From contig CBFHVO010000004.1 of the NCBI GenBank assembly GCA_965659125.1, positions 6,032-70,031 on the forward strand: 64,000 nt of DNA, written 5' to 3'. How positions within the stretch are numbered: position 1 is the stretch's first letter; each line of letters begins with the position of its first letter. The DNA comes from Luteolibacter sp. (GTDB lineage Bacteria > Verrucomicrobiota > Verrucomicrobiia > Verrucomicrobiales > Akkermansiaceae). A model generated the notes under the pieces. The model was not told the origin of the DNA. It was given only the letters and a program-made list of their open reading frames with translations, and ran no database searches. Below are positions 37,228-46,282 of the stretch, one piece after another. A program made the position numbers and the translations under genes.

Positions 37228-37929
37228 ATGAAAGCCATCCTCACTCTGTTTGCTCTCTCGATCCTGCCCTTGGCTGCTGCCGATAAGGCCAAGAAGCACT
37301 TTGAACCCGTTAAGAAGGAGATCGAAGGCTGGACAGTTTGGGTGGAACCCAAGCTCTTGGAAGGCGAACACGCCGAGATGGGAGCCAAGGCCTTGAGCAT
37401 GCTCGGCAATCACCTTGAGCGCATCGCCATTCTCCTGCCTGAGAAGCAGTTGGCAGCGATGAAGAAACTCGAGATCTGGATCGAGCACGAGCACGAGCTG
37501 GTGCCCATGCAGTATCATCCTGGTAAAGACTGGATCGTGGAGCGCGGCTACGATCCACGTTTGGTTAAGAAGGTGCACATCCCACGTGCCGAAGCTCTGC
37601 TCTCACGTCAACACATGCTCAAGCATCCCGCCGTTATCCTCCACGAGCTGGCTCACTCCTATCACGACCAAGTACTCGGCTTTGAAGACAAGGGCATTCT
37701 TGATGCCTACAACCAGGCCATGAAGGAGAAGCTCTACGACAAGGTGATGCTCTACACTGGAGAGAAGGTCCGCCATTATGGCGCCACCGACCACAAGGAG
37801 TACTTCTCCGAGTCCACTGAGTCCTACTTCTATCACAACGACTTCTATCCCTTCGTGCGCTCTGAGTTGAAGCTGCACGATCCTCGCGGCTATGCCCAAA
37901 TGGAGCGCGTCTGGGGGAAAGTGGAATGA
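37228..37929 (+). CDS. Exported HExxH zinc-metallopeptidase-like protein (MtfA/LF-like minimal gluzincin)
   Basis: Signal MKAILTLFALSILPLAAA. 'VILHELAHSYH' is the HExxH motif, followed ~50 aa later by 'HKEYFSESTESYF'. The stop overlaps the next start (ATGA at 37926-37929). Confidence 0.6.
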   Translation: MKAILTLFALSILPLAAADKAKKHFEPVKKEIEGWTVWVEPKLLEGEHAEMGAKALSMLGNHLERIAILLPEKQLAAMKKLEIWIEHEHELVPMQYHPGKDWIVERGYDPRLVKKVHIPRAEALLSRQHMLKHPAVILHELAHSYHDQVLGFEDKGILDAYNQAMKEKLYDKVMLYTGEKVRHYGATDHKEYFSESTESYFYHNDFYPFVRSELKLHDPRGYAQMERVWGKVE

Positions 37930-38771
37930 TTCTTATGTCTGAGCGCATCGACAGCCACCACCACCTGTGGGCCATCAACGACACGGATTACGTGTGGATG
38001 ACCGATGACCATGCGGTCATTCGTCGCGACTTTCTCGGCCCCGAAATGAAAGCCGCCTTCGCTGAAGGTGGCACCGCTGGCAGCGTGGCCGTGCAGGCGC
38101 GCCAGATGATTGAGGAGACCGAGTTTCTGCTCGATCTCTCCGAGAAGAATCCCGAGATCCGCGGTGTGGTGGGTTGGGTGCCGCTGCGTGAGAACGCCGG
38201 CGAGCCGCATCTTGAGCGTTTCGCCGCGTACCAGAAACTCAAGGGTGTGCGCCATGTGGTCCACGACGAGCCTGACGATGACTTCATTCTCGGCACGCAA
38301 TTCAACGAGGGCATTGCGCGCCTCAAGCAGTACGACCTGCTCTACGACATCCTCATTTTCTACAAGCACCTGCCCCAAACCATCGACTTCGTCGATCGCC
38401 ACCCTGAGCAGCCCTTCGTCGTTGATCACATCGCCAAGCCGCGCATTGCCAAGGGCGCCTTCGATCAGCAGTGGGCCGACAACATGAAGGAACTCGCCAA
38501 GCGTGAGCATGTGAGCTGCAAAGTGTCCGGCGTGCTAACCGAAGTCCGCGACGGAAGTTGGGACCTGGAACTGCTCCAGCCCTACTTCGACACCGTATTC
38601 GAGGCCTTCGGTCCCGAGCGCGTGATGTTTGGCTCGGACTGGCCAGTGCTGCTGTTGCGCGACAGCTACGCCACCTGGAGCCAAACCGTCGAACAACTTG
38701 CCGCCTCCTTGAGTGAGGACGAAAAAGCCGCCTTCTGGGGTGGTAACGCCGCCCGGATCTACGGGCTCTGA
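37926..38771 (+). CDS. Amidohydrolase-2 (COG3618) family, L-fucono-1,5-lactonase-like
   Basis: The N-terminal 'RIDSHHHLW...DYVWM' metal-binding HxH, an internal 'VVDHIAKP' and a C-terminal 'MFGSDWPV' are typical of COG3618 sugar lactonases. Confidence 0.75.
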   Translation: MILMSERIDSHHHLWAINDTDYVWMTDDHAVIRRDFLGPEMKAAFAEGGTAGSVAVQARQMIEETEFLLDLSEKNPEIRGVVGWVPLRENAGEPHLERFAAYQKLKGVRHVVHDEPDDDFILGTQFNEGIARLKQYDLLYDILIFYKHLPQTIDFVDRHPEQPFVVDHIAKPRIAKGAFDQQWADNMKELAKREHVSCKVSGVLTEVRDGSWDLELLQPYFDTVFEAFGPERVMFGSDWPVLLLRDSYATWSQTVEQLAASLSEDEKAAFWGGNAARIYGL

Positions 38772-38828
38772 GGAACTCCATCCATCTCATCGCCCAACTG
38801 GCCAATCAACTGCTCACTCCCCATCGCC

Positions 38829-40256
38829 ATGAACCTTCTTGCCACCAAAAAAGGCCGCCTGATCACTTTTGGCGGCCTCTACCTCAGTGAGGGCCTGCCG
38901 GCCGGACTTTTGATGATGGCCATCGCCACCGAGATTCAACGGCGAGGCATGGGCACTGCGGCTCTGGGGGTGTTCGTGACCATGCTGGCCCTGCCTTGGA
39001 CTGTGAAGTTTTTGATGGGGCCCTTTGTCGACAATCTCCATTTCAAACGCTTCGGTGCCCGCAAGCAATGGATTGTCATGGCTCAATTCATCATGTTGGC
39101 AGCGATCGCGGCTGCGATGCTCTACATGCCGGATTCTGTCAGCGTGGAGAAGATCGAGGGCAGTGGCGTCATTGGCACCATTCAGGCTCTGTCTGCTTCC
39201 GGCATCGGCATTTTCGCGGTGCTGCTCCTGATCCACAACAGTCTTGCGGCGACTCAGGACGTGGCAATCGATGCTCTGGCCTGCCAAGTGCTCAAGCCCG
39301 ACGAGCGCGGAATCGCCAACGGTATCATGTTCAGCTCCACCCACGCGGGCTATGCCATTGGAGGCTCCGGTGTGCTTTTGATGAAGAGTTGGTTCGGCAA
39401 TTTCGAGGCGGCCAGCGTAGTGATTATCGTTCTGATGGCGATGATTCTAACCTGTGTGATCTTGTTCGTCGTCGAGAAAACCGCCGCACAGCAAATGGCG
39501 GATGGCGAGATCCCAGCACCCAAACCCGGGGATCATGGCCTCAAGATTGTCGCCGATCAGTTGGTGGATTACTTCAAGACCATCTGGGGCTCTGTCATTC
39601 GGTCCCGAAATGGTCTGCTGACCCTGCTTTTGGCCCTCACTCCGATCGGAGCCTTGGCGCTCAGCATGCTCCTGTCCGCGTTGATTGCGCCACGTCTGGG
39701 CATGACGGACAACGAGCTTTCGGTGCTCAACCTTTGCACCTCGCTGGTGTGGATTGCCTTATGTCTGTTGGGTGGTTGGCTCTCGGACAAATACAACCGC
39801 AAGGTGCTGTTTGGAATTTCCGCCGCCTGCACCATTTTCCCCAGTCTGTGGATGGCCTGGCAGTTCAAGCAGGCAGGGTGGGCGACTCCGCCGGACGCGG
39901 CAGCAGATGGAAGCTGGCCGCGTGAGGAATCGCTGATCGTGGCATGGTGGATCGCGACTGCGAGTTTCTCCATCTTCAGCGGCTTCTCTTACGGCATCAA
40001 GAGCGCCTTCTACATGGACATCGTCAATCCCAAGATTGCCGCAACCCAGTTCACCGCTCTCATGGCCCTGACCAACCTGACCAACAACTACAGCAAGGTC
40101 TGGCAGGGTCAGGCCATCGATGCGGATGGTTGGAAATGGCCGATGTGGAAGCTGCTCTACGTCGACTGCGCCATTGGCCTGATCTTCCTTGTGATCCTGT
40201 ATTTCATCAGGCCTGAGAGCGACAAGAGCCTGAAGGCCGGGCCGGTGGATTGCTGA
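38829..40256 (+). CDS. MFS transporter (AmpG/acetyl-CoA-transporter-like)
   Basis: About 12 predicted hydrophobic segments. The N-terminal 'FGGLYLSEGLPAGLLMMAIATEIQRRGM' resembles the AmpG-type MFS signature. Confidence 0.65.
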   Translation: MNLLATKKGRLITFGGLYLSEGLPAGLLMMAIATEIQRRGMGTAALGVFVTMLALPWTVKFLMGPFVDNLHFKRFGARKQWIVMAQFIMLAAIAAAMLYMPDSVSVEKIEGSGVIGTIQALSASGIGIFAVLLLIHNSLAATQDVAIDALACQVLKPDERGIANGIMFSSTHAGYAIGGSGVLLMKSWFGNFEAASVVIIVLMAMILTCVILFVVEKTAAQQMADGEIPAPKPGDHGLKIVADQLVDYFKTIWGSVIRSRNGLLTLLLALTPIGALALSMLLSALIAPRLGMTDNELSVLNLCTSLVWIALCLLGGWLSDKYNRKVLFGISAACTIFPSLWMAWQFKQAGWATPPDAAADGSWPREESLIVAWWIATASFSIFSGFSYGIKSAFYMDIVNPKIAATQFTALMALTNLTNNYSKVWQGQAIDADGWKWPMWKLLYVDCAIGLIFLVILYFIRPESDKSLKAGPVDC

Positions 40257-40310
40257 GAGCTGGCGCGAAAGCCTTTGTCAGATGGCCCATTCAATGGCAA
40301 TTTAGGGCGA

Positions 40311-41900
40311 ATGGAACTCTCACCGAGTATCTTCAACGATGTGCTGGGACCCGTGATGCGGGGCCCCAGCAGCTCGCATTGCGCTGCGGCCAACCGCATC
40401 GGACGGATCGCGCGTGATCTGGCGCAGGAGCCCGTCACCAGGCTCGCGGCCTATTACGATCCCAACGGTTCACTGGTAACCACCCACAAGGATCAGGGAA
40501 CCGACCTCGGTCTCTACTCGGGCATTCTCGGCTGGGAGCCCGACGACGCGCGTCTGCCGACTTATCCTGCGGCTCTGCGCGAAGCCGGCATTGAAGTGGA
40601 AGTGCACTACGCTTCCTACGATGCGCCGCATCCCAATTTCTACCGCCTCGAGATCACCGGTGAGAGCGGCACCGTCTATCACTTTGATGCCACCTCCACC
40701 GGTGGTGGCATGATCGAGCTGCGTGCCATTGATGGAATCGCTCTGGGTGGGCAGGGCGATTATCACTCGACTTTGTTTTGGTTGGACCAACAACCGCCTG
40801 AGGCTCTCGTCACCGGCAGCGAGTTGAATGCACAATCGGAAGGCTGGTCCTGGCTGCCGGGTGGCGAAGGTGGTTTGCTCAGATTCGATTCCCGTGAGGT
40901 GCCTGCCAGTGAGTTGGTCAACTCCTTTGCTGAGGAGCTTGGAGCCAAACGCGCCCGCGTACTCAAGGCGGTGTTGCCCATTCTTTCACGCAAGAACATG
41001 AGCGTGCCTTTCACTCGTTGCGGCGAGATGGAAGCTCATCCGGACTTTGCCGATGCACCGCTGTGGGAAAGTGCCGCCTGCTATGAGGCTGCCCGCGGTG
41101 GCATCACGCCCGAGGAAGTCATCGAGAAGATGAAGGCCTTGGCCAAGATCATGAAGGGGGCCGTTGAGGAAGGTCTCGCCGGCACCGAATACGACGATCG
41201 CATCCTGCCTTCCCAAAGCCCCAATTTCACCAAGGCCGAAGAGGCTGGAAAACTCATTCCCGCCGACATTAACAACCGCATCGTGCGCTATGTCTCGGCC
41301 ATCATGGAGGTGAAGAGCTCCATGGGCGTGATAGTCGCGGCACCCACCGCCGGTTCCTGTGGCGCTATGCCGGGTGCGGTGCTTGCCGTTTGTGATGCGC
41401 TTGGGGTCGATGAGGACACCCGCGCTAGGGCGCTGCTCATTTCTGGCCTGATTGGCGTGTTCATCACTCGTGATGCCACTTTCGCTGCAGAAGAAGGCGG
41501 CTGCATGGCCGAATGCGGCTCGGGTTCTTCGATGGCCGCAGCTGCCATGGTCTATCTCGGTGGTGGCACGACGGCTCAGCAACTTGCTGCCGCTTCCATG
41601 GCGCTGCAAAACTGCTTTGGTATGGTCTGTGACCCCATCGCCAACCGCGTCGAGGCACCCTGTCTCGGCAAGAACGTGCTAGCGGCCAGCAACGCGCTCT
41701 CCGTCGCGAATATGGCGCTCGCTGACTACAAGCACCTAGTGCCGCTCGACGAAGTCATCCTCGCGATGGCCAAGGTGGCCCACCAGATTCCGCGCGAACT
41801 GCGCTGCACCAATCTCGGTGGCCTTTCCATCACGCCCACAGCCGACAAGATCGCCAGCCAGCTCAATGCCGGTTGTGCCTGCGGCAAGATCCAGTGTTGA
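40311..41900 (+). CDS. sdaA: Iron-sulfur L-serine ammonia-lyase family protein (single-chain beta+alpha)
   Basis: 'IFNDVLGPVMRGPSSSHCAA' is the N-terminal SDH_beta motif. 'APTAGSCGAMPG' and 'EEGGCMAECGSGSSMAAA' carry the cluster-ligand cysteines of the alpha domain. ATG at 40311; the track uses an upstream TTG. Confidence 0.8.
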   Translation: MELSPSIFNDVLGPVMRGPSSSHCAAANRIGRIARDLAQEPVTRLAAYYDPNGSLVTTHKDQGTDLGLYSGILGWEPDDARLPTYPAALREAGIEVEVHYASYDAPHPNFYRLEITGESGTVYHFDATSTGGGMIELRAIDGIALGGQGDYHSTLFWLDQQPPEALVTGSELNAQSEGWSWLPGGEGGLLRFDSREVPASELVNSFAEELGAKRARVLKAVLPILSRKNMSVPFTRCGEMEAHPDFADAPLWESAACYEAARGGITPEEVIEKMKALAKIMKGAVEEGLAGTEYDDRILPSQSPNFTKAEEAGKLIPADINNRIVRYVSAIMEVKSSMGVIVAAPTAGSCGAMPGAVLAVCDALGVDEDTRARALLISGLIGVFITRDATFAAEEGGCMAECGSGSSMAAAAMVYLGGGTTAQQLAAASMALQNCFGMVCDPIANRVEAPCLGKNVLAASNALSVANMALADYKHLVPLDEVILAMAKVAHQIPRELRCTNLGGLSITPTADKIASQLNAGCACGKIQC

Positions 41901-43328
41901 TCACTTCTCTTCTTTGATTAGCTCCTCCCACTTCTCAGTGGTGAAGGGAAAGGCGGGAAGCCCTGCCCTGTTGTAGAGATATGGCCCTATGGGTCGGTTG
42001 GTGAAGGCGTAGCGAACAGCTTTTGGCTTTTTGACTGAGGGATGGTTGACGAGCAGCTCGTCTCCCTCGACCCATGCGGTGGCCCAATGCCACACGCCTT
42101 GGGTATCCTGAATGGAAATCCATGGCAGCTCGGTGCCATCCTTGCAAACGATTGGTGCGCCGTAGCCCTCACTCTTGTTGGCGAAGCATAGACCCTTGGC
42201 GTTTTCAAACCGAATGGCGATGCTTGAGCAGCGGATCTGGTAGCCGAGATAAATCGGACCGCTGGCGGTGATCTTGTGCTTGTATTGGTGATGTAGGGCC
42301 CAATGAGCAAGCCGCTTGCCGATGTCGGTTTTGTTGGGTGGATGCTCCTTGGGCCCGCCGATTTCAACGGCGGTTGCCAGACCGACATTGGGGATTTGCT
42401 TCATGGCCCGCAACTGGGCTTCGCGAATGGCGGCGCGGCCGTCGCCCATCACCGGATTGTTCGAATCGGACTCACCGATGCCGGCGAGTTGCACCACCAG
42501 AAAAGGAAAGTCACCCTGCCCCCATTGTTCGCGCCAGCCTGCGATCAGGGTTTTGAGTTTATCATAATACCCATAGCCATCACCTGCATTGGCCTCGCCC
42601 TGATACCAAAGCGCGCCTTTCATGGCGGTGCCGATGAGGGGCTGGAGGCTGGAAGTGTAGAGGCCGCCAATCGGACGCTGCTTTCTGTCAGCAGCTTCTT
42701 CGGGGAGTCGGTCCGAGGGTCGTATCCAGGATTCGATGGCACTGCCGCCTCGAGTGGCATTGAGTAGGCCGATCGGAACCATGAGTTCCTTTTGAATCTT
42801 GCGCGCAAAGGTCAGGCCAACTTTGGTGATCTGCATGACGTCACCCTCGGTGGCAGCGATCCAGCCGGTTTCCAAATGATAGTGGCGAATGGCGGGCAGG
42901 TTGAGTTTGGTGAGGTCGTCCTTGGGATCGGCGTTGGCGCGGTTGTTCTTCACTTTGCCTGCCATGTTGGACTGTCCGGCGCAGAGCCAGACTTCGCCGA
43001 TGAGAATGCGATTGAAGGACAGGCTTTGCCCGCCGCTACTCACGATGAGTTCACGTCCTGCGGGCGCTGTGGCGAGGTTCTCAAGTCGGTCGGCTTCCAT
43101 CGCCCTGAGTTCAATCTTCCAATCGCCGAGCTCGTCGGCCTGTGTGCTGAGCGCCTGATCCGCGAAAGACACCCTGATTTGGCTGCCTGCATCAGCCTTG
43201 CCCCAGACGGGAACCGGCACACCTTGTTGCAGAATGGCGCCGTCCTGAAAGACCGGTGCACAGCTCAGTTCTGCATGGAGGATGGTGCCCATTGTCATGA
43301 GCGCGGCGAGGGGAGTCAGGAACTTCAT
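41901..43328 (-). CDS. SASA-type sialate/carbohydrate O-acetylesterase
   Basis: Signal peptide, 'VWLCAGQSNMAG' (block I), 'LWYQGEANAGD', and the typical ~475-aa two-domain size. Confidence 0.85.
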   Translation of the reverse strand: MKFLTPLAALMTMGTILHAELSCAPVFQDGAILQQGVPVPVWGKADAGSQIRVSFADQALSTQADELGDWKIELRAMEADRLENLATAPAGRELIVSSGGQSLSFNRILIGEVWLCAGQSNMAGKVKNNRANADPKDDLTKLNLPAIRHYHLETGWIAATEGDVMQITKVGLTFARKIQKELMVPIGLLNATRGGSAIESWIRPSDRLPEEAADRKQRPIGGLYTSSLQPLIGTAMKGALWYQGEANAGDGYGYYDKLKTLIAGWREQWGQGDFPFLVVQLAGIGESDSNNPVMGDGRAAIREAQLRAMKQIPNVGLATAVEIGGPKEHPPNKTDIGKRLAHWALHHQYKHKITASGPIYLGYQIRCSSIAIRFENAKGLCFANKSEGYGAPIVCKDGTELPWISIQDTQGVWHWATAWVEGDELLVNHPSVKKPKAVRYAFTNRPIGPYLYNRAGLPAFPFTTEKWEELIKEEK

Positions 43329-43336
43329 GCTTTCAT

Positions 43337-44857
43337 TCAGTTGGTCTTGAAGGCGGCACGCACGCCCGGGCCCTTGCTTACTTTTTGCGTGAGCAGAGTC
43401 CGGAGAGTCTTCACCTTCTCCGGATATTGCCTCGCGAGATTGCGGCTCTCGCTGACATCCTCCTTGAGGTTGTAGAGCTCTTCTTCGCCTTTGATACCGG
43501 CGATGAATTTCCAGTTGCCCTGACGAATGGCTAGGCCGCGCGCTTCTGATATCAGGATGTCGCAGCCTGCGGTGCTCTTGCCGAGCAATGCATCGAGATA
43601 GTTGCGGCTGTCGATTGCTTCGTCGTCCTTGAGTTCGATGTTTAACATCGCGGCAAAGGAGGCGAGAAAATCGATCTGATTGACGGTGGCCGCACTGGCA
43701 CCGGGCTTGACCTTTCCGGGCCAGCGCACAATCAGAGGCACGCGATGGCCGCCCTCATAGATCTGGTATTTGCCGCCGCGGTAGGGGCCGGAACCGTCGT
43801 GACCACGATCGACTTCCTTGGTCGAGGTTTTAACGGTGGTGCCGTCCTCGTAGCCATCGTCGTAGACCGGGCCGTTGTCACTGGTGAAAATCAGGATGGT
43901 GTTGTCAGCGAAACCGTTTTTCTCGAGCGAGGCCATGATCTCGCCCACGCACCAATCGAGTTGCACCATGGCGTCACCACGGTAACTAAGACCGGACTTG
44001 CCTCTGAATCGTGGATGCGGGGTGCGTGGCACATGGATGTCGGCGGCGGACCAGAAGAGAAAGAAGGGCTTGTTGCTCCCCTTGCGGCTGGCGATATAGT
44101 CGCTGGATCGTTTGGTAAACTCGTCCGCCATGGTTTCGTCGTCCCACAGTGCGGATTTGCCACCCCACATGGTGCCGATGCGGCCGATGCCGTTGATCAC
44201 CGAGTGGTTGTGGCCATGGCTGCTGGGATAGTAGGTCATGGCATCACGGCTATTGCGACCGTCGGGATAGAGCGTGCCATTGAAGCCTTCGGGCTTGCTG
44301 CCAACGTAGAGTGGATCCTTTGGATCTAGGTTCACGACTTTGTAGTTTTCCAAGTAAACGCAGGGGACGCGGTCGTTGGTGGAAGGCAGCAGGAAGGAGT
44401 AATCGAAGCCGATTTCAAGCGGGCCGGGTTTGACCTCGCCGTTCCAGTCGACCTCGGATTTGCCATCGCCAAGACCGAGGTGCCACTTGCCGATCACTGC
44501 CGTGTGGTAGTCGGCCTTCTTGAAAAGGGCGGGCAGGGTGAGGCTGCCCGGCTTGATGGTCATCGGTGCGTTGGGAGCGAGAATGCGCACATTGTGGCGG
44601 AAGCCGTGAATACCGGTGAGCATGGAAAAGCGCGACGGCGTGCAGGTGGCCGCCGAACAATGGCCGTCGGTGAAGCGCAGGCCTTGGCTGGCCAACTTGT
44701 CCAGATGCGGGGTGGGGATCTTTTCAGCGCCATAGCAGCCGAGATCCCCCCAGCCGACGTCATCGCCATAGATGATGACCACGTTCGGGCGATCCTGAGC
44801 TTGGGCGCTGAGAAGGCCGATGGCGACTGAGAGAAGAATAATTCTGAGTAATTGCAT
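43337..44857 (-). CDS. S1-family sulfatase (Cys-type)
   Basis: Signal peptide, 'RPNVVIIYGDDVGWGDLGCYG', the active-site box 'ATCTPSRFSMLTG' and 'GKWHLG'. Confidence 0.9.
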   Translation of the reverse strand: MQLLRIILLSVAIGLLSAQAQDRPNVVIIYGDDVGWGDLGCYGAEKIPTPHLDKLASQGLRFTDGHCSAATCTPSRFSMLTGIHGFRHNVRILAPNAPMTIKPGSLTLPALFKKADYHTAVIGKWHLGLGDGKSEVDWNGEVKPGPLEIGFDYSFLLPSTNDRVPCVYLENYKVVNLDPKDPLYVGSKPEGFNGTLYPDGRNSRDAMTYYPSSHGHNHSVINGIGRIGTMWGGKSALWDDETMADEFTKRSSDYIASRKGSNKPFFLFWSAADIHVPRTPHPRFRGKSGLSYRGDAMVQLDWCVGEIMASLEKNGFADNTILIFTSDNGPVYDDGYEDGTTVKTSTKEVDRGHDGSGPYRGGKYQIYEGGHRVPLIVRWPGKVKPGASAATVNQIDFLASFAAMLNIELKDDEAIDSRNYLDALLGKSTAGCDILISEARGLAIRQGNWKFIAGIKGEEELYNLKEDVSESRNLARQYPEKVKTLRTLLTQKVSKGPGVRAAFKTN

Positions 44858-44906
44858 GGGTTTCGAATAGGTGGATGGGGCGCTCGGCTTATCGGATCAT
44901 GGGAAA

Positions 44907-44978
44907 TGTCCCCGCCAGGAATCGAACCTGGATCTAAAGTTTAGGAAACTCTTGTTCTATCCGTTGAACTACGGGGAC
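44907..44978 (-). tRNA. tRNA-Arg (anticodon CCT)
   Basis: The reverse complement folds by hand into a cloverleaf: acceptor GTCCCCG/CGGGGAC, D arm GTTC-AACGGATA-GAAC, anticodon stem AGAGT/ACTTT with loop TTCCTAA, and T arm CCAGG-TTCGATT-CCTGG. It is 72 nt and CCA is not encoded. Confidence 0.9.
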
Positions 44979-45028
44979 TTTGGGTGTGTGAGCGCCACTG
45001 GATAACGCGCAGGGCTGGGTCTCGCAAG

Positions 45029-46282
45029 TCATGAGTCGCGAGGGGGGGCGCCGAACTTTGTCACTTCCACGCGCTGTGAAGCGTAGATGCCTTTGTGGCC
45101 GCTGCAATAGTAGGCGATGATGCATCCCAGACCGAGGTATAGCCCGCAGCCGGCACCAAAGAGCTCGATGCCCAACAAAGACGAGGCGATGGGCGTGTTG
45201 GTGGAGGCGGCGAAGATGGCGACCAATCCAATTGCGGCAAAGAGCTCGATGGGCGCTCCCATCCAGACAGCAAGTGCATTGCCCAAAGCGGCGCCGATGA
45301 AAAAGAGCGGAGTGACCTCACCACCCTTGAAGCCGGCACCCAGAGTGATGGCCGTAAAAGCGAGCTTCCAAGCCCAGGCACTTGCGGGAAGTTCGCCATT
45401 GCTGAACATGCCGGGCAGGGTGATCGCTCCTTCGCGCCCGGCAAGTGTGCCGAGACCCAGATAATCAGGTGTGCCAACGATCAAGAAGAGTCCGATCACC
45501 AGCACACCTCCCATAGCCGGACGCAGAATGGGAACCTTGACCCAGCGTTTGAATGCGTCGCCAAGCCGGTGGCAAGCCCATGTGAAAAAGCTGCCGGCCA
45601 GCCCGAAGGCGATGGCGGCCAGTGCAATCTTGCCCAGAAGCCATGGATCGGGCATGGCGCTCAAGCGGACGTTGAGGAGGGGGTAGGTGGTGTGATGGAT
45701 GCCCCATGCCATGCAGGTCCAGTGAGCCGCCAGGGAGGCAATAAAACAGGGGATGAGGGCATCGTACTGCATGCGACCGATGACTAGGACCTCAATCGCA
45801 AAGATGGCGCCCGCGATGGGGGTGCCGAACACCGAGCCGAAGCCTGCGGCGACCCCGGCCATCAGAAGCAGACGCATACCGGAGGCATCGAGTGCAAAGA
45901 AGCGACCGACTGCCGCGGCAATGCTGCCACCCATCTGCACAGCCGTGCCCTCGCGTCCGGCCGAGCCTCCGAAGAGGTGAGTGGCCAGCGTGCCGATCAA
46001 GACCAAAGGGGCCATGCGGCGTGGCACACCACCACCCGGCTGGTGGATTTCATCGATGATCAGATTGTTGCCTGCCGCCGAATTGGCGCCAAATCGCAGA
46101 TACATCCAAGCGATGCCAATCCCGGCGATGGGCAATAGGTAAAGCAGCCAAGGATACTCAAAACGAAACCGTGTCAGCGCATCCAGACTCCACAGAAAGA
46201 AAGCCGAGGCCGAGCCCACGATCGCCGCCATCGGCAGCAGGATGGCGAGCCATTTGAGAGTGGCGAGGACGTGGCGAAGCAT
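45029..46282 (-). CDS. ClC-family voltage-gated chloride channel / H+-Cl- antiporter
   Basis: A polytopic membrane protein with 'GGSAGREGTAVQMG' (GxEGP-type selectivity segment) and 'GFGSVFGTPIAGAIFAIE'. Confidence 0.85.
   Translation of the reverse strand: MLRHVLATLKWLAILLPMAAIVGSASAFFLWSLDALTRFRFEYPWLLYLLPIAGIGIAWMYLRFGANSAAGNNLIIDEIHQPGGGVPRRMAPLVLIGTLATHLFGGSAGREGTAVQMGGSIAAAVGRFFALDASGMRLLLMAGVAAGFGSVFGTPIAGAIFAIEVLVIGRMQYDALIPCFIASLAAHWTCMAWGIHHTTYPLLNVRLSAMPDPWLLGKIALAAIAFGLAGSFFTWACHRLGDAFKRWVKVPILRPAMGGVLVIGLFLIVGTPDYLGLGTLAGREGAITLPGMFSNGELPASAWAWKLAFTAITLGAGFKGGEVTPLFFIGAALGNALAVWMGAPIELFAAIGLVAIFAASTNTPIASSLLGIELFGAGCGLYLGLGCIIAYYCSGHKGIYASQRVEVTKFGAPPRDS

Noticed and set aside
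41898-41903. Abutting convergent stop codons forming TGA|TCA at 41898-41903 (sdaA-like/SASA) and TGA-t-TCA at 48121-48127 (GT2/FAD oxidoreductase), leaving no room for terminators.
   Set aside because: This is compact convergent packing and is common in bacterial genomes. I see no hairpin spanning the gene ends that would indicate a functional shared terminator.
44858-45028. tRNA-Arg as a possible integration site marking a genomic island boundary.
   Set aside because: There is no integrase, no direct repeat of the tRNA 3' end and no mobile-element gene on either side within the window. The change of gene content at this point is suggestive only.
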